DNA of 62,161 nucleotides, the filler included, from Sphacelaria rigidula (lineage: Eukaryota), in assembly GCA_964200075.2 (NCBI GenBank). It is 7 parts of 7 records of this genome, joined end to end, with 100 filler letters (N's around TTAATTAATTAA, not from the genome) between each part and the next. Parts side by side here need not be neighbours in the genome. Positions count along the whole stretch, not along the records: positions 8,897 to 17,692 come from CAXNAA020010078.1; positions 17,793 to 26,588 come from CAXNAA020010079.1; 5 more parts are not named here. One strand, 5' to 3'. The notes under the pieces were generated by a model that worked only from the letters and a program-made list of their open reading frames with translations, was not told the DNA's origin and ran no database searches. Positions 11,801 to 22,778 of this stretch are shown one piece after another (position 1 is the stretch's first letter; the number at the start of each line of letters is the position of its first letter). Both the position numbers and the translations under genes were made by a program.

Positions 11801-11899
11801 CAGCAGTTTGCCGGGAACGTTGAAAGGACCCGCACGTACGGTGAATGATGTGATAGTGCTACTGTACTGTCCACTGATCTTGGAGCGATCTGGGATTTT

Positions 11900-12165
11900 C
11901 TCTCACACAATGCCCAACAGTGGAGGGCGACTATGTCGTGGGTACACAAAATTCGACTCAATGGTCGACGAGGGAAAGAGATCGCTGAACCCCTGTCGCG
12001 ATAAAAAATAAAGGCAAGCATCGCAGAAGGAAGGTGGATGACTGAAACAAGCAAAAAAAGATAAACTTCTGTGTTGGCCTTCCTCCTGTGTGACCTCGGC
12101 TGGTGCGCCCACATTAACTGAAGGTGAAGATCAGCGTCCAGAATGGATGAGACGAGAACATACAC
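11900..12165. repeat. Dispersed SINE-like repeat (second copy at 26689-26935)
   Basis: Shared GGGTACACAAAATTC..CTCAA.GGTCGACGAGGGAAAG...GCAGAAGGAAGGTGGA...TGTGACCTCGGCTGGTGCGCCCACAT on two unrelated scaffolds. The class is inferred. Confidence 0.75.
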
Positions 12166-12971
12166 ACCCTGTCAACTATAGAAAATCGTAGTGATAAACA
12201 TTCCCGGAGGAAGCCAGATCGATCTAATGCAACTACGACCGTTTGGAGGCGAGTCAAATTGTATGACTTCAAACGAAAACGCTCCGAGCGAAAAAAGCGA
12301 ATGTTTGTATATGGTGGCCCACTGTCATGAGGACGCATCTTCGCCTGTTGTCATGCCGCCTCAGATCCGTTGATGAGTCGGGCTCTATATTACATTTCGG
12401 GTATTTCTAAGACTGCAGGTCTGTTCAGAGGTAGTCAGGTACGAGTGTGAGTTTGTATATGATAGAGATGGTGACGGCTTGGTGTACCAAGCCGGTAAAC
12501 CAAGCCCCACACTACGGCACTACCATCTGCACCCCTCTTCCAGCAAAGAAGTCTAACACCGGTGAGACTGATTGGCTGAGCGTAAGATTGGGTTGATTGA
12601 TTGGATACTGGAAGGTAGAAACCAAGCAATAAAGAAGATATATAGCCTACGCGTGAGATTCTGCTAAATCTCGAACAAGTCTGTGTGAGACGGTGCCCAT
12701 CATCCTGCTTGGCCGTTCAGTTTGAGGACTGACCCCCTTGCCTTGCCTAGTGAGGCTATGCTTGCCATATACAGCACCGTAACCTCATCACATTTGGCGT
12801 TTGACTAAGGAGCTTCTTTTTTCGCAATTGCGTTTCTCTTTTCAACACCGATTGCACCCCTACTTGTCGAGCTGCGCGCGCGCGGCTTGCTGTCGGCAAT
12901 TTTCTCCTCGTGGTTCTCGATTAGGTAGTCAAACCTATCTAGCCCCTTCCGGCTTGCTAGACAGTCAGTCG

Positions 12972-13231
12972 TGTGACCAAAATACGCCGTCACGTTGAGT
13001 TGGTAGTGATGATATGGATGATGACCGGGGGCACGGAGATTCTGGAGGGTTCTGGTTGACCGGGAACACAGAGATGGTATGTATCTGCAGGTCTAGAAAG
13101 CTGGTGCCCTGGAAGGGCACTCCTGAATAACGAGAATGTTGTAAAGGCTGACAACTGAAACTGAGGCCAGTAAGACTGGGGAGTCCCTCAACAGCAGTGA
13201 TCCAGCAGTTCTTCCATTGGCTGGCGTCATA
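12972..13231 (+). repeat. 5' LTR of element B (260 bp)
   Basis: TGTGAC...GTCATA. By manual alignment there are about 15 substitutions and one 3-nt indel relative to the 3' LTR. Confidence 0.93.
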
Positions 13232-13536
13232 ATATCGATATTGATGCTAGTGCTAGTGTTAGCGCTAGAAACCTGCTGCAAAGGATTTCGGTAGGAGTCT
13301 GGTAGGTGTGGAAACCTGATGCACCACGGACGCGTGGAGAGCGTTCCAGCTGAGGCAGCTGCAGAAAGGCGGCTGGCCTGTGATTGATCCAGACTGGAGA
13401 CTTGCTGAAGCTGCGTGCAGCGGGAATGTGGAGGCTCTTACGACCGTGTGATGCGGCGACGAGGCAGGAAAGGGTGCAATTCGCAGAAGTCCGCTGGCCT
13501 GTGAAAGTTCGCAGGTAGCCGGTTGCAGCTACGCGT

Positions 13537-15756
13537 ATGGCGACCGGTTCGTGTACTACGACCAGCGCGACGCCCGTGGTTATGCGGGAAGAGTTGCGAC
13601 CTCCCCAATTCGGGGATAGGTACTCAGAGAGTGCATCTCGCACTTTTATTACAAAGTACTTTCAGTACCAGAAGCGTGTGAAGCACGCTAACGCAGGGGG
13701 TGCTGTGCGGCATCAGGTGGTGCCAATGGCTCAACATGTGCTAACTTATGTGCAGAGAGTGCTTGCTCGTTTGGAGCATAAAAAAATCAGAATCACCTCG
13801 CCGCAATTGGTTGCGGCGATCAGAAAGCATGCTGGGCATGCGGCGGGCACTTGCCACTGTTGTGGCCAGGTCGGCCATTACGCGCGCGATTGCCCAACGT
13901 CTTCCGGTGAAGAGTCTAGGCAGTCTCATGCCGCGCGCGATCAGCATCGTCAGCACAAGAGCAAAAGACGAGGTAATCGTGGTGGCGGCGGCCGATCCTC
14001 CGACGGTGGAGGGTCCCAGTCGAGTCCTCAGCAGCAGCAGCAGCAGCAGCAGCAGGGGCAGCGGCGTCAGCATGAGTCTAGTTCTGGGTTCGGCGCCGCT
14101 GTAAGTGCTGCTGCTCCGCAACGGGGGGTGCAGGTGGGACCGACTTCTACAGTGTCGAACACTCCGCCGGCGCCGGTGGTGGCGCCGGTGGCTACACCGG
14201 CAGAAGCGCCAGGCGTGACGCCTGCTGACGCGCTGGTCGGAGGTTCGCCAAATTCTTGGTCTGCTGGCTGGGGGTCATACCCACCGGCGATGCCGTTTGA
14301 ACCTGCCGGGGCGTCTTCACCCGCTACGCAGCGGTGGCGTCAAATGGGGTTTGCGGCGCATCGGTCGGCGAATAAAGGGCCGGTGAAGTCTGTGCACAAC
14401 TACGTTCCTGCGGAGCTGTGTCTCCCAAATCGACGGGAGCGTGGAGCCATTGCGGTTCAGGCTAAGTGGGATTCTGACGCCCACTTGACGGGTCATGTGA
14501 GTCTGTCGGTACAGATTGTAGAGATGTTGCAGCGTCTTCTCCCGGATGTGACACTACGCATTACGCTTTCGCTCGGGGCGCGGCAGGCCGTCACCGCGTC
14601 GTGTCAGCATGTTTGCGTCACAGAGCGTACTCTTCCGCTGCAACTGACTTTCACGACTTCCCGGGGGCCGGCGCAGGTGCCTCCGATCTCGTTTGCGACC
14701 ATGCCGGGGTCGGATGGCGTTATTCTTCTGGGGTTGCCGATGGTTCAGGATATTGGAGTCAACGCTCGGCAGTTGTGGGACTGCATGAAGACGCGGATGT
14801 CTCCGCCTGGTCCACGCTTGGAGACGCCCGTCCTTTTGGACAGTCGTCGCGTGAGTCTGTCGGTGGATGCTTTTCAGGAGGCTGGAGGGCAAGTGACCGA
14901 GGAGCGGGGTGCCGCGGTTGAACGCTTAGTAGAGCGCGGCCCGGAGGTGTTAATGATTCCGGCGGAAGCGGAGGCCGCTCGGAAGATCGCGCTGGAGGAC
15001 AGCGTGACGAATGCTGGGGCGACAGGCCTCAGCGTCTCAAAAGCGGACCGCCTGCGTGGCATATTGCATTGCCGCGTCAACGCGTTGTTGGCGGCAGCGA
15101 AGGATCTGGTGGCTCATGCCATGAAGCTGTTCCATCCTCGTCCTGATTGTCAGGTGTCAATGTTTTCAGATGCATCTGGGTGCCATTGGGGGTTTTCGGT
15201 CGTGCAGGTGCCTACAGTTGGAATTGAAATGCCTGTGAGCGCTGTGGCTATGTATGGTCCGTGTGAACCTGATGACTTGATGTCGTCCAAATTTGTTGTT
15301 CGCCAAACCCAACGAAAAGACCGTGGGGCCGAAGATGCGGATGTGCAATCTTTCGAGTCGGACGTTGGTACTGCTATCTTGGACAATGAATGTCTGTTTC
15401 GTGCGCATGTGCGTGGCCGAAACGTGTTGTGGATTTCGAGTTCTGACAAGCAGTTGCAGGTACGTCTGATGATTTGCGGTCACATGCGCGACGCCGGGCA
15501 TCGTGGTGTGGCTGCGATGCTCGTGCGCTTGCAAGAGTTTTGTGTCTGGCAGGGGATAGAAACTCCTGTGCGCGAATTTGTCCGCCGGTGTCTTCACTGT
15601 GCTAACTCGGGGGCAGGCGATGTTGTTCCCCGCCCGTTCAGCGAAACGGTCCATGGGACCACGCCAAATGAAGTCGTTCATTTTGACTTTTTGTACGTGG
15701 GCGAGAGTGGCCCGCTAGCTTCCCGAGGTTTGTCGGAGGATGCTGGGTTTCGATGA
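13537..15756 (+). CDS. Fused gag-protease-RNase H stub-integrase N-terminus ORF (739 aa) lacking RT
   Basis: CHCCGQVGHYARDC (CX2CX4HX4C); degenerate protease WDSDA...VILLGLP; MFSDASGCHWG (RNase H start); HMRDAGHRG...CLHC (integrase HHCC); VVHFDFLYVG. No YxDD RT motif. Confidence 0.88.
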   Translation: MATGSCTTTSATPVVMREELRPPQFGDRYSESASRTFITKYFQYQKRVKHANAGGAVRHQVVPMAQHVLTYVQRVLARLEHKKIRITSPQLVAAIRKHAGHAAGTCHCCGQVGHYARDCPTSSGEESRQSHAARDQHRQHKSKRRGNRGGGGRSSDGGGSQSSPQQQQQQQQQGQRRQHESSSGFGAAVSAAAPQRGVQVGPTSTVSNTPPAPVVAPVATPAEAPGVTPADALVGGSPNSWSAGWGSYPPAMPFEPAGASSPATQRWRQMGFAAHRSANKGPVKSVHNYVPAELCLPNRRERGAIAVQAKWDSDAHLTGHVSLSVQIVEMLQRLLPDVTLRITLSLGARQAVTASCQHVCVTERTLPLQLTFTTSRGPAQVPPISFATMPGSDGVILLGLPMVQDIGVNARQLWDCMKTRMSPPGPRLETPVLLDSRRVSLSVDAFQEAGGQVTEERGAAVERLVERGPEVLMIPAEAEAARKIALEDSVTNAGATGLSVSKADRLRGILHCRVNALLAAAKDLVAHAMKLFHPRPDCQVSMFSDASGCHWGFSVVQVPTVGIEMPVSAVAMYGPCEPDDLMSSKFVVRQTQRKDRGAEDADVQSFESDVGTAILDNECLFRAHVRGRNVLWISSSDKQLQVRLMICGHMRDAGHRGVAAMLVRLQEFCVWQGIETPVREFVRRCLHCANSGAGDVVPRPFSETVHGTTPNEVVHFDFLYVGESGPLASRGLSEDAGFR

Positions 15757-16103
15757 ATTTTGATAATCATTGATAATTTGAGCAACGTGTTGGCTCTGGA
15801 ACCAGTAGTAGTGTGTACTGTTGAATCTACCGCTGCATCTTTGCTGAGTTGGTGCAAACCTTTGGGGGTGCCGCGTGTGTGGGTGAGTGATGACTTGACT
15901 TTTTGTACGTGGGCGAGAGTGGCCCGCTAGCTTTCCAAGGTTTGTCGGAGGATGCTGGGTTTCGATAAATTTTGATAATCATTGATAATTTGAGCAACGT
16001 TTTGGCTCTGTAACCAGTAGTAGTGTGTACTGTTGAATCTACCGCTGCATCTTTGTTGAGTTGGTGCAAACCTTTGGGGGTGCCGCGTGTGTGGGTGAGT
16101 GAT
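15683..16103 (+). repeat. Internal tandem duplication (~209 bp, period 212) within the integrase core
   Basis: 15683-15891 is repeated at 15895-16103. Confidence 0.95.
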
Positions 16104-17047
16104 ACCGCCACGCAGTTCAAGAGTGCGATCTTGGCCCGATTGCAAGAGGCTTTGCGCGTTGATCACCAGTTTGCGGTAGCGTATTCTCCGTGATCTAACG
16201 GCACGTGCGAACGCATGGTCAAGGAAGTAGTTGGTGCTCTTCGCTTTGTTCTTCTCGAGCAATGTAGAGCGGTTTCCGAGTGGGTGGACGTGTTGCCGGC
16301 GGTGCAATGGGTGCTTCATACAGCGTATCGTCGTCGTTACGATGGTACGCTATACCACGTCATGTTTTATCGTGCCCCTCGGACGTCTTTCTCGGTGCTG
16401 GCGTCTTCGTCGGCGGGGGAATGGAACTGTGATGTTTTGGACGATGTTCAAATCAAGAGTGCATTGCAAGAAGTCTTGGACTTTCAAGAACGTTTCCACG
16501 TTCAAGTGCAGGAACGTGTTGCCGCTGAACGTGCACGTACACGTGAGGGGTCCTCGTCGGGACTGGAATTGCCGAAATTTGAGGTAGGCGACCATGTCTT
16601 GTGTGCACGCGGGCGTTGTCCGGGTGTTACGCCCAAGTTAATGGCGAGATGGACTGGTCCATGGAGAGTGGTTGGTGCTCACCACCCGCACGTGTTTGAT
16701 TCAGAACATAGTTTCAGGTCGTGTTAAGACCGCCCATGTAGCTCGTTTGCGTTTTTATGCAGATTCGCAGCTTAATGTTACGGCTGACGTTAAGGACGTG
16801 TTCCAATATGCATTCAATCAGGGGCAATTTCAGATGGCTCGTGTTGTCCGAGTGGCAGAAGCAGATGATCGTTCGTTGATCGTATTGGTCGACTGGGTTG
16901 GTTTCAAAGTTAAGGAGCGTACGTTGGAGCCTTTCAAGGATATTTTTTGAGGCCGCTCCGGAATTTCTCACGAAGGAGTTGCGTCAATTGCGCGTGACCC
17001 GTGCCGTTGCTGCTCGCATTACGAGTGAGTTTGGTATTCAATTGTAA
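15895..17047 (+). pseudogene. Remainder of integrase with GPW module and chromodomain-like tail
   Basis: VWVSDTATQF, YSP*SNGTCER, KLMARWTGPWRVV, LIVLVDWVGFKVKERTLEP. Stops and frameshifts are present. Confidence 0.88.
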
Positions 17048-17121
17048 CTTACTCATCGTTTTGGCGTTTTCTATATTTCAAGCTTGTTGATCAATTTTCG
17101 TCCGACGCGCTTTGAGGGTGC

Positions 17122-17384
17122 TGTGACGAAAATACGCCATCACGTTGAGTTGGTAGTGATGGTATGGATGATGACTGAGGACACGGAGATTCTGGAGGGT
17201 TCTGGATAATGACCGGGGACACGGAGATGGTACGTACCTGCAGATCTAGAAAGCTGGTGCCCTGGAAGGGCACTCCTGAATAATGAGAATGTTGTAAAGG
17301 CTGACAACTGAAACTGAGGTCAGTAAGACTGGGGAGTCCCTCAACAGCAGTGATCCAGCAGTTCTTCCACTGGCTGGCGTAATA
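17122..17384 (+). repeat. 3' LTR of element B (263 bp)
   Basis: Direct repeat of 12972-13231, preceded by a short purine-rich GAGGG and followed by the TSD. Confidence 0.93.
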
Positions 17385-17692
17385 GTCGTCAGCTACTGCG
17401 AAGCTTTCAACCTGTGTGTGTTACACCGTACACTGTACTCGTGACTTGCAGCTCTTGCTGCTCGCTGCTCGCTGCAGCGTTTGATTGCACGCCTTGTGCA
17501 CACTAGGCCAACGCGCGTCGACGCCCCAACCTCGCTTTGCCGTGTTCCTGTATATTGTATGACATACACACCTGCACCTTGCACCTATGGTACGTGCTAC
17601 CTGCATAACACAACCACCCCTGGTCGTTCAGATTCATCCTACGATAGGGGGGGGGGGTATTTTGGGCCATTTGTTGCTCGAAATTTCGAGTC

Positions 17693-17792
17693 NNNNNNNN
17701 NNNNNNNNNNNNNNNNNNNNNNNNNNNNNNNNNNNNTTAATTAATTAANNNNNNNNNNNNNNNNNNNNNNNNNNNNNNNNNNNNNNNNNNNN
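17693..17792. other. Artificial scaffold-joining spacer
   Basis: N44-TTAATTAATTAA-N44. Confidence 0.99.
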
Positions 17793-18079
17793 CCGGCGAA
17801 GACCCGGCGTGCTCCGTCCCGGTTTTGTAGGGATGCGAGGTCAATAGTCTTATGACTATAGCATGCATGATCATGAATACACCCCCCCTTCCTTTTTAAA
17901 ACCGAGTGAAACGCGCGGGGAGCATTTTTTTGCAGCAGCGTGGCGGTGATCATGCACGGCCTCTTTTCAATGCCACTGTTGCTGAACGACCTTCCCACCG
18001 TTGACGCTCGCCACTTTCGAGTATTAACTTGGCAATTTTCACGTACAGTATTTAGAGATGAAGGTATAGGTTGGCGGGG

Positions 18080-18165
18080 CGGGGGTACTCATTTGTTGCT
18101 TGCCTTGAGTCATTGGAGCCTTTCTGCCATTGACCACGCATCAATTTCGAGACGGAGCACCGTTT
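18080..18165 (+). repeat. ~75-bp dispersed repeat family (poly-G-CGTACTCATTTGTT...TTGACCACGCATCCCTTTCGAGACGGAGC)
   Basis: Further copies near 19812-19880, 22090-22165(-), 30045-30112(-), 33268-33335, 39432-39503, 41510-41582(-) and 62105-62161. Confidence 0.85.
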
Positions 18166-19057
18166 CTACTGCTAGCAAAGACGCCTCCAACATTTCGGCG
18201 CTCATCACGTTTCTTCGCTGCCGTGTTGTCTTTATTCCATGTTTCTTGTTTCCCCAAAAATTCGGACACACGGAGTGTCATATTATCTTCTACAGGAAGT
18301 AGTCTACAGCTGAAATAGGGGAGGATTTGTAATGTGTTCCCATGCTACCGCTCATTCCAGCGAACGGTTGATCCCAAAGTTTGGATACCAGGAGACACCA
18401 GGCATCCGATCCACATTCCGAAAGAAAATCATCTTTGCACTCAATATAGAACGACTCACGGGCTGACCGGTTTTCGGGGGTCCTTGGACTACCCAGCCCC
18501 AGGTTTTGACCCTTAGCTCGATCGAAGCAATTCCGATCGTTGTCGTGAACAAGTGTAAAGAGAGGGCTTCCTTCAATTTCCACCTATTCAATTCTCAGGA
18601 GCCGAAAAACTGTGTTTCCTGGACCAGTGACCGTCGATAACACCTCATGATAAACGAGGCACTTTCTCCGTACCACCCCTACGACACAAATTGCGTATTT
18701 TGTCCAGAGCATCGCCTGCTTGTTTTCCCAATATCTATCGACGCTGGGACTTTCGAAAGCTTAGGAAGAACACGGTACGAGGAGATTAAGGAAAATACCC
18801 AAATACGAAAATTGCCGAACCAAGCCCTGTAAAGCACAGGGGAGGGTGAACTCAACTTTTCCGGACGGCTGGTGCGCAACTTACGGGTACAGACAAGACA
18901 CTGAAACTATTCACTGTAGCAAAAAGGAAGTAAATAAAAAGCCCTGCACATCATTATAGTAGAAACTGGGGATCCGCGCGCCCAGGCATGTCCTCGCTGC
19001 TATCACGATCCACAGAAAAAAAAAGAAAGCGGTTGTTGGTTATACCTACTCTCTCAC

Positions 19058-19165
19058 CTGAAGCAGCCTTGTGAGCTTAGACTGCCGGTACGGTACATAC
19101 GCAGTTTTCTTCTCCGCGCGGTCATCTCCCAGAGCATTGACCACGTTACCCAGCGCGAGGAGTCC
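19058..19165 (-). CDS. Kinesin motor domain exon (5th seen)
   Basis: [45 protein letters not shown]; 108 nt, phase 0/0. Confidence 0.96.
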
Positions 19166-20019
19166 CTAAGCACGTTTCGAAAGAAGTGAAACGGGTGGGC
19201 CGCCACGCACGTGCAACGTCACGTTTCTTGTTTGATGCATATATCTCTGCCATACACAAAATTTCCAGACTACCCCCCTCCCCCCATTTTTTGGGAGTGA
19301 ATTCATCTATTGTTCACGTTTCTCAAGAAACGGAGCAACACATGAGTGGGGAAGTCGGGGCTCTGCCTCCAGTGGTCCCTCCTGCGGGCACCGGAAGCTT
19401 TCATCTTTGTGTAGCGCTTGGGTGAACTTTGTTCCGAATCCTATTTCATTTTTTTTATCCTTATACCTCATTGTGTAGTTACTAAGCCTATAACCACGGA
19501 AGACGTCCGCATCAGATGCCCAGAACGGAAATAGACGTTATGCGCAGACAAAGAAACGGATTTTTAGTGTGAACACAACAACAACAACAATCTCACCCAC
19601 AGTCCGTACTACTTCTACATTACGCACTTTCATTCACCATTCATCGTTGAATGATACCAACCGGGACGATGAACAATCCACCCCATCTCGACTTCCTCGA
19701 AAGCTACCGCAATCACAACGCCAGAAAGTTTGTTCGAGCGGTGGAAATTTCTTGCCACCATTCATGATTCTAGCTAGGCAACGACCTTAATGGCAACAGG
19801 GTGAGTGGGGGAGGGCGTACTCATTTGTTCCTCGCCTAAGTCGGTTGGTCATTGACCACGTATCCCTTTCGACGGAGGAGGGGAGGGGGGTCTTCTTCAT
19901 TTCTAACGAAAAAATCAGAGGTCTTGAGTTATGTCGCTCTCGGTTAGATATTCCGCGACCCACCCACGCTACATCATATATACATAGAAGAATACACACA
20001 TGTAAGCAACAATCCATAC

Positions 20020-20124
20020 CTGATTGATTTGGATCCCCTCACGCTTGCGTTGACCTTCCGCCCCGGTCCTGCCCAGCCGCTCGCTGCCGGCCAGATCCAC
20101 GAACGTCAGCTTCGACGTTACTGT
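20020..20124 (-). CDS. Kinesin motor domain exon, switch II (4th seen)
   Basis: [44 protein letters not shown]; 105 nt. The [15 protein letters not shown] signature is typical of kinesin-4 (KIF4/KIF21/KIF27-like). Confidence 0.97.
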
Positions 20125-20312
20125 CTGGATTATGACACACGAGATGGGGGTACATCAACAGCACAGAGGGCACATCAAATTCGGAGTGCAGCTCGTGCTC
20201 TGTGTGAAGAGTCATTGAGTCCAAAATGGACTACTGTACGTGAACCCCATCGACCAAGAGGCCTCATCTCGGAACAGTACTTTATCGTGACCATCCAATG
20301 TAGGTCACTCCA

Positions 20313-20372
20313 TGTTGTTGTTGTTGTTGTTGTTGTTGCTGCTGCTGCTGCTGCTGTTGCTGTAGTTGTTGT
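20313..20372. repeat. Compound (GTT)n(GCT)n microsatellite
   Basis: Seen directly; lies in a kinesin intron. Confidence 0.9.
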
Positions 20373-21712
20373 CACCGTGGTTCGAGTAGGATGGTGCGCA
20401 ATTATGTTTCTGTGTCCCCTTTGTCCGGCGTAAATCTTTGCGTGAGTCTTGCCAGGGTGTGTTGGGTAGGGTAAATATTAGAGCTCGGCAATGGTTTGTG
20501 TAACCATTAACCAGTCGAATGGTTACGCGTAGCGCACTCATGAACCAGTCAAGTGGTACATAATGGTTTGGTCATCGAGCGGCGCAGCAGCGAGCCAAAA
20601 AGACTTCCCCCGGCAGATGGAGCTCTGCCGGAGGCGCCGCGCCGGGGGCATGTTTTTACACGATTTGGATTTACGAGAGCTAATAAATACGTTAAATTTG
20701 GGCCAGTTTTCAAGGGCTGTATGTAGCATACGTAGTCGGTAACGGTAAAAGTTGGTTCAAAACCATTATCCAAAGTTTTCATATAAGCATGACTATTGTT
20801 ACCATTGTAATGAAAATGGCCAGTTAGAACTGGTACCATTTCCGAGCTCTAGTAAACATCCGAGTATTTCCTTTCCCGAATAGTGTGTTGCGATTGCCCG
20901 ATCTCCAAACTATACCCAATATCTCAGTACTGTTGAGTTCGATCTCACTACTCCACTCAAATTTGGTGTACTTGGAGTACAACTTTTCAAAATACCCCAG
21001 AATGCAATAAATACCTAACCCTACCCACCCTTGGAATTTTGGCTACCAAGAGGAGGCGGTACATGTGGAGACGACGGCATAGAAGCTGCTGCTCCCGTAG
21101 TATGCATCTTTCAATACAAGCCACTGGTCGCTCGGGGAAAGAAAAAAAAACACAGCTTCGCCGTGAGGTAAGCCATTATTGTTCACCGACTTGTAAAGGA
21201 ACATACATACTTCCCATCTCTTGATTGGTACACGTGGGGTCACTCCGCTTATCCTCACCGCCCCCTCTCAGCGAAGATTCGTTTTGGCTATGGCCAGAAA
21301 AAAAGGAATTCCGGACGCTCTAGTTTTTTGACAAGACGGTCCTGATCGTCGGCAAGATTGCTTCCCATGTAGCCGCCCGCGCGTCAGTTTTTTTACATCC
21401 GCAGTGGTGGTGAATATAATCGCAACAACCAACCAACAAGTGACCTCTACACTTCCCACGATATAATCCGTCCCCTCCGCCCCCCGCCGAGAAAAATGAC
21501 GCACGTATGCAACGCCATGTTCTTAATCCACACCTTAAGATGGTGACTGCCCCGCCCGCCCACCCGCTCGCCACGCTTGAAAAACATTTTGGTCTCCCAC
21601 ATACCCAGAATTTGATCATCCCTTCATACGTGAGCGGACCCAAAAATTGGAACTAGAGGCTCCCCTTGCCCTGTCCCATATGCACCACCGCAAATAGTGT
21701 ATAAAGACTACT

Positions 21713-21865
21713 CACCCTGGATAATGACAAATAGATCAAATCGCCACGCAGTGTACTGCATACAGCATGGAATCTATTGTCCATTGCAATAGACGTAATA
21801 GTGAATACTGTCAGTAGGCATAATAGTATTTGACAAATGCAATCTGTTTTCTATAATCCAGGGTG
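21713..21865. mobile_element. ~140-150-bp palindromic MITE family (CACCCTGGA...TCCAGGGTG)
   Basis: Terminal inverted repeats with an internal quasi-palindrome GTACTGCGTACAGTAT...CTATTGCAATAG...ATACTGTACGCAGTAC. Other copies at about 22375-22529, 24043-24180, 27016-27157, 27388-27522 and 29190-29326. Confidence 0.8.
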
Positions 21866-22562
21866 TAGTAGGCTCCCGCGGAGCTGGCACTTGAGAGTTA
21901 CCGCCGGAACAGTACGACCCTCAGATACAACAGTTGAACCGCAAACTGCTTCCGCGGTCTTACTTTTTCACGTTCTCCTTGCCCTGCTGTTTCGGTTTTT
22001 CCTCGGGAATGGGACTATTAAACATCTTACTTAGCCTTCAGCAGCAGCGTTCTTTTCCTCTCCTCTCCATCCTCTCGCTTAGAAGTAGGAACGGTGCTCC
22101 GTTTCGGAAGGAATGCGTGGTCACTGGGCAAACGACCAAGGCAAGCAAAAACTAAGTACGCTCCTACCCGTTCTCTGTTTTGGTTCTACTCCACGAGCTG
22201 TCTGTTTCGTCCATTTATTTTCTTATCGTGCCCAAAATTTCTTTGGAACACTCTCGAGTTTTCCCCTCAGATCGTGCACGTGTATCTCGTTGCCTTGAGT
22301 ACGTACGTCCATCATCTGGCGACTACGGCTGGATTACTAGGGGGATTATTCATAAAAACGTGCGACAACCAACCACACGCTCTGAGTAATGACGATAGAT
22401 TATTACATCATCAAAAAATGTACTGCATACAATATGGCATATTCTGTCTATTGCAATATACGCAGCAATCGATACTGTACGCAGTACACTTTTTTTACAA
22501 ATGTAACATATCGTCATTGTCCAGAGTGTGGAACTAATCAACCAACCAATCAAAATCAATAC

Positions 22563-22778
22563 CTGTGGGTCTCCGTCAGGGTCGGTATCGTCCTTTATGC
22601 TCTGGGTAAGGGTGATGGTGAACACAGCGTGCGAGCGACTGCTGACTGTGTTCATCAAGGTCGACGCAGTGGTGCGGTTTAGCACGCCCTGGCTCAGCAC
22701 GTCCAGAGCGGCCTCCCAGCCCAGTACGGGCACCTGGCTTAATCCATTCACGAATACGCCGTTTTTATCCTCCAGCAC
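22563..22778 (-). CDS. Kinesin motor domain exon, switch I (3rd seen)
   Basis: CAG|VLEDKNGVFVNGLS...NRTTASTLMNTVSSRSHAVFTITL...GDPQ|GTATTG; 216 nt, phase 0/0. Confidence 0.97.

Larger units (their letters stand above)
12972..17384 (+). mobile_element. Complete but internally deleted (RT-less) Ty3/Gypsy chromodomain-type LTR retrotransposon B, 4413 bp
   Basis: LTR pair 12972-13231 and 17122-17384. Target-site duplication GTCG (12968-12971 / 17385-17388; AGTCG if the LTR is 1 nt shorter). Gag knuckle, protease, RNase H stub, integrase and chromodomain are present. Confidence 0.93.
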
